From contig CAVRJG010000033.1 of assembly GCA_963721455.1 (NCBI GenBank), forward strand, positions 1 through 64,000: a DNA stretch of 64,000 bases. Reading direction: 5' to 3'. A program made the translations under genes and the position numbers. Positions 62,731-64,000 of this stretch are shown here, piece by piece. Numbering within the stretch: position 1 is the stretch's first letter; every line of letters starts with the position of its first letter. Origin of the DNA: an uncultured Methanosarcinaceae archaeon (GTDB lineage: Archaea > Halobacteriota > Methanosarcinia > Methanosarcinales > Methanosarcinaceae). The notes under the pieces were generated by a model, which saw only the letters and a program-made list of their open reading frames with translations, was not told where the DNA came from and made no database searches.

Positions 62731-63957
62731 ATGACTCCTGAAAAAAAGGATATACCGGAAATTCCATTGAGGGATGCTCCAGTGAAGGACAAAAATATAG
62801 AAGTCCTCTCCATGCCCGGATTATCAGTGAACCTTCAAAATGCCGGGGACACCCTGGAACTTACAGCAAGCGGAACCCTGAAAGCAGTCTGCAGCCCTAT
62901 CCTGAAGAAAATTAATTCCCGCCTGAGGGAGGAAAAGCCAGCCCTCGTACAGGAAGACAGAGTCATTGCCTCGGCCTGGCTCCCTCCAATTCCGAGCCCG
63001 GTTTTCAAACGTCTCATTTTTGCAGAAATACAGATAGCCCTGGGGAAATACATTCCAGAAACCGTATCCATCGAACTTACCCGCCAGAACGGTTCGAGAT
63101 ATCCGCCTGAAACAATCGCAGACGAACTGGATACGGGCACCATTAAAAGAATAATAGACGAAGCCCTTGAACTTGGCACTTTCACTATCACATTTACCGA
63201 GAATGATCCTCTACTGCGCGAAGAAATCTTCGAGCTTATCAGGTATGTGGATAAAAAACGCGCTATAGTAAACTGTTCCACATGGGGTACGGACTTTTCA
63301 AGAGAAACTGCCTCCCGCCTGAAAGAAGCAGGGCTTCATTCCCTGATGGTGGGGATTTACTCAACTGACCCTGAAAAACACGATTCTATCCGAAAGTCTG
63401 AGGGAGCATATGAAAGAGCGGTTTCTGCCATAAAATTTGCACTTGAAGCCGGGCTAATGGTCGTAATGACAACCCACGCCTCTCCCTCAAACATTCAGGA
63501 ACTCCCAGCCCTCTATTCCCTTGCATCGGAACTGGGGGTACATGAATTTTCAGTCTGGGAAGCAATGCCTAAAAACAGGGATGAGCCCGCAATCACTGAT
63601 GGAAACAGAAAAAATATCCTTGAAATGTACCACAGGATAAACACCCGTCCCGAAGGCCCTCGAATGTTTGCAAATACCTATTTTGAAGGGCAGATGATGG
63701 GGGCAATGGCAGGCAGGCGCTGGATGCATGTAACGGCAGACGGAGACGTAAAACCCAGCCCTTACCCCCCTTTCAGTTTTGGGAACATAAAAGAAGAACC
63801 CTTGAAAGAGCATTGGCAAAGAATCAGGAGTTACCCTTATTTCCAGAAGCAGAAAAGCTTGACCCCCATGCATGACCCCGAGTTTTTGGAGTTTGTTGAT
63901 AGAATTCCGGCAGGAGCAAAATTGCCCTATCCTTTTGAAAAGGTTTGTAGAAAATAA
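62731..63957 (+). CDS. Radical-SAM/SPASM-like protein lacking cluster cysteines
   Basis: Radical SAM barrel motifs (DPLLR, HDSIR, GDVKP) with no CxxxCxxC. Confidence 0.8.
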   Translation: MTPEKKDIPEIPLRDAPVKDKNIEVLSMPGLSVNLQNAGDTLELTASGTLKAVCSPILKKINSRLREEKPALVQEDRVIASAWLPPIPSPVFKRLIFAEIQIALGKYIPETVSIELTRQNGSRYPPETIADELDTGTIKRIIDEALELGTFTITFTENDPLLREEIFELIRYVDKKRAIVNCSTWGTDFSRETASRLKEAGLHSLMVGIYSTDPEKHDSIRKSEGAYERAVSAIKFALEAGLMVVMTTHASPSNIQELPALYSLASELGVHEFSVWEAMPKNRDEPAITDGNRKNILEMYHRINTRPEGPRMFANTYFEGQMMGAMAGRRWMHVTADGDVKPSPYPPFSFGNIKEEPLKEHWQRIRSYPYFQKQKSLTPMHDPEFLEFVDRIPAGAKLPYPFEKVCRK

Positions 63958-64000
63958 CCACTGGATAACCGGTTAGAGCACCTTTTTATAGTGATTTCCC

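Overview
The window is a mosaic. (1) 1-~20974 is high-GC bacterial DNA (visually ~65-70% GC) forming an integron gene-cassette array: 30 complete and 1 half attC sites in four sequence families, with about 30 cassettes whose genes all lie on the minus strand and no integrase in view. Hidden in it are a 311-bp IS110 remnant inserted at the CT of an attC core, whose upstream RNA has bridge-RNA architecture with guides matching attC; a promoter-preceded tRNA-like RNA; a duplicated ORF-less cassette; and cassette-specific 12-14 bp terminal inverted repeats. (2) ~20975-22045 is a short unrelated high-GC block with a frameshifted 'MSQENVE' SnoaL-like gene. (3) ~22046-64000 is AT-richer Methanosarcina-like chromosome: hisBAG, SAM synthetase, an IS630, two tRNAs, map, truA, purP, leuD/leuB-type genes, a Ni/peptide ABC operon, split CRISPR remnants, alaS, a deleted feoB, rpl10e, aIF2-beta and a cysteine-less radical-SAM paralogue. 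The junctions are probably chimeric, and frameshifts in part 1 may be sequencing errors. All calls come from reading by eye; no searches were run.
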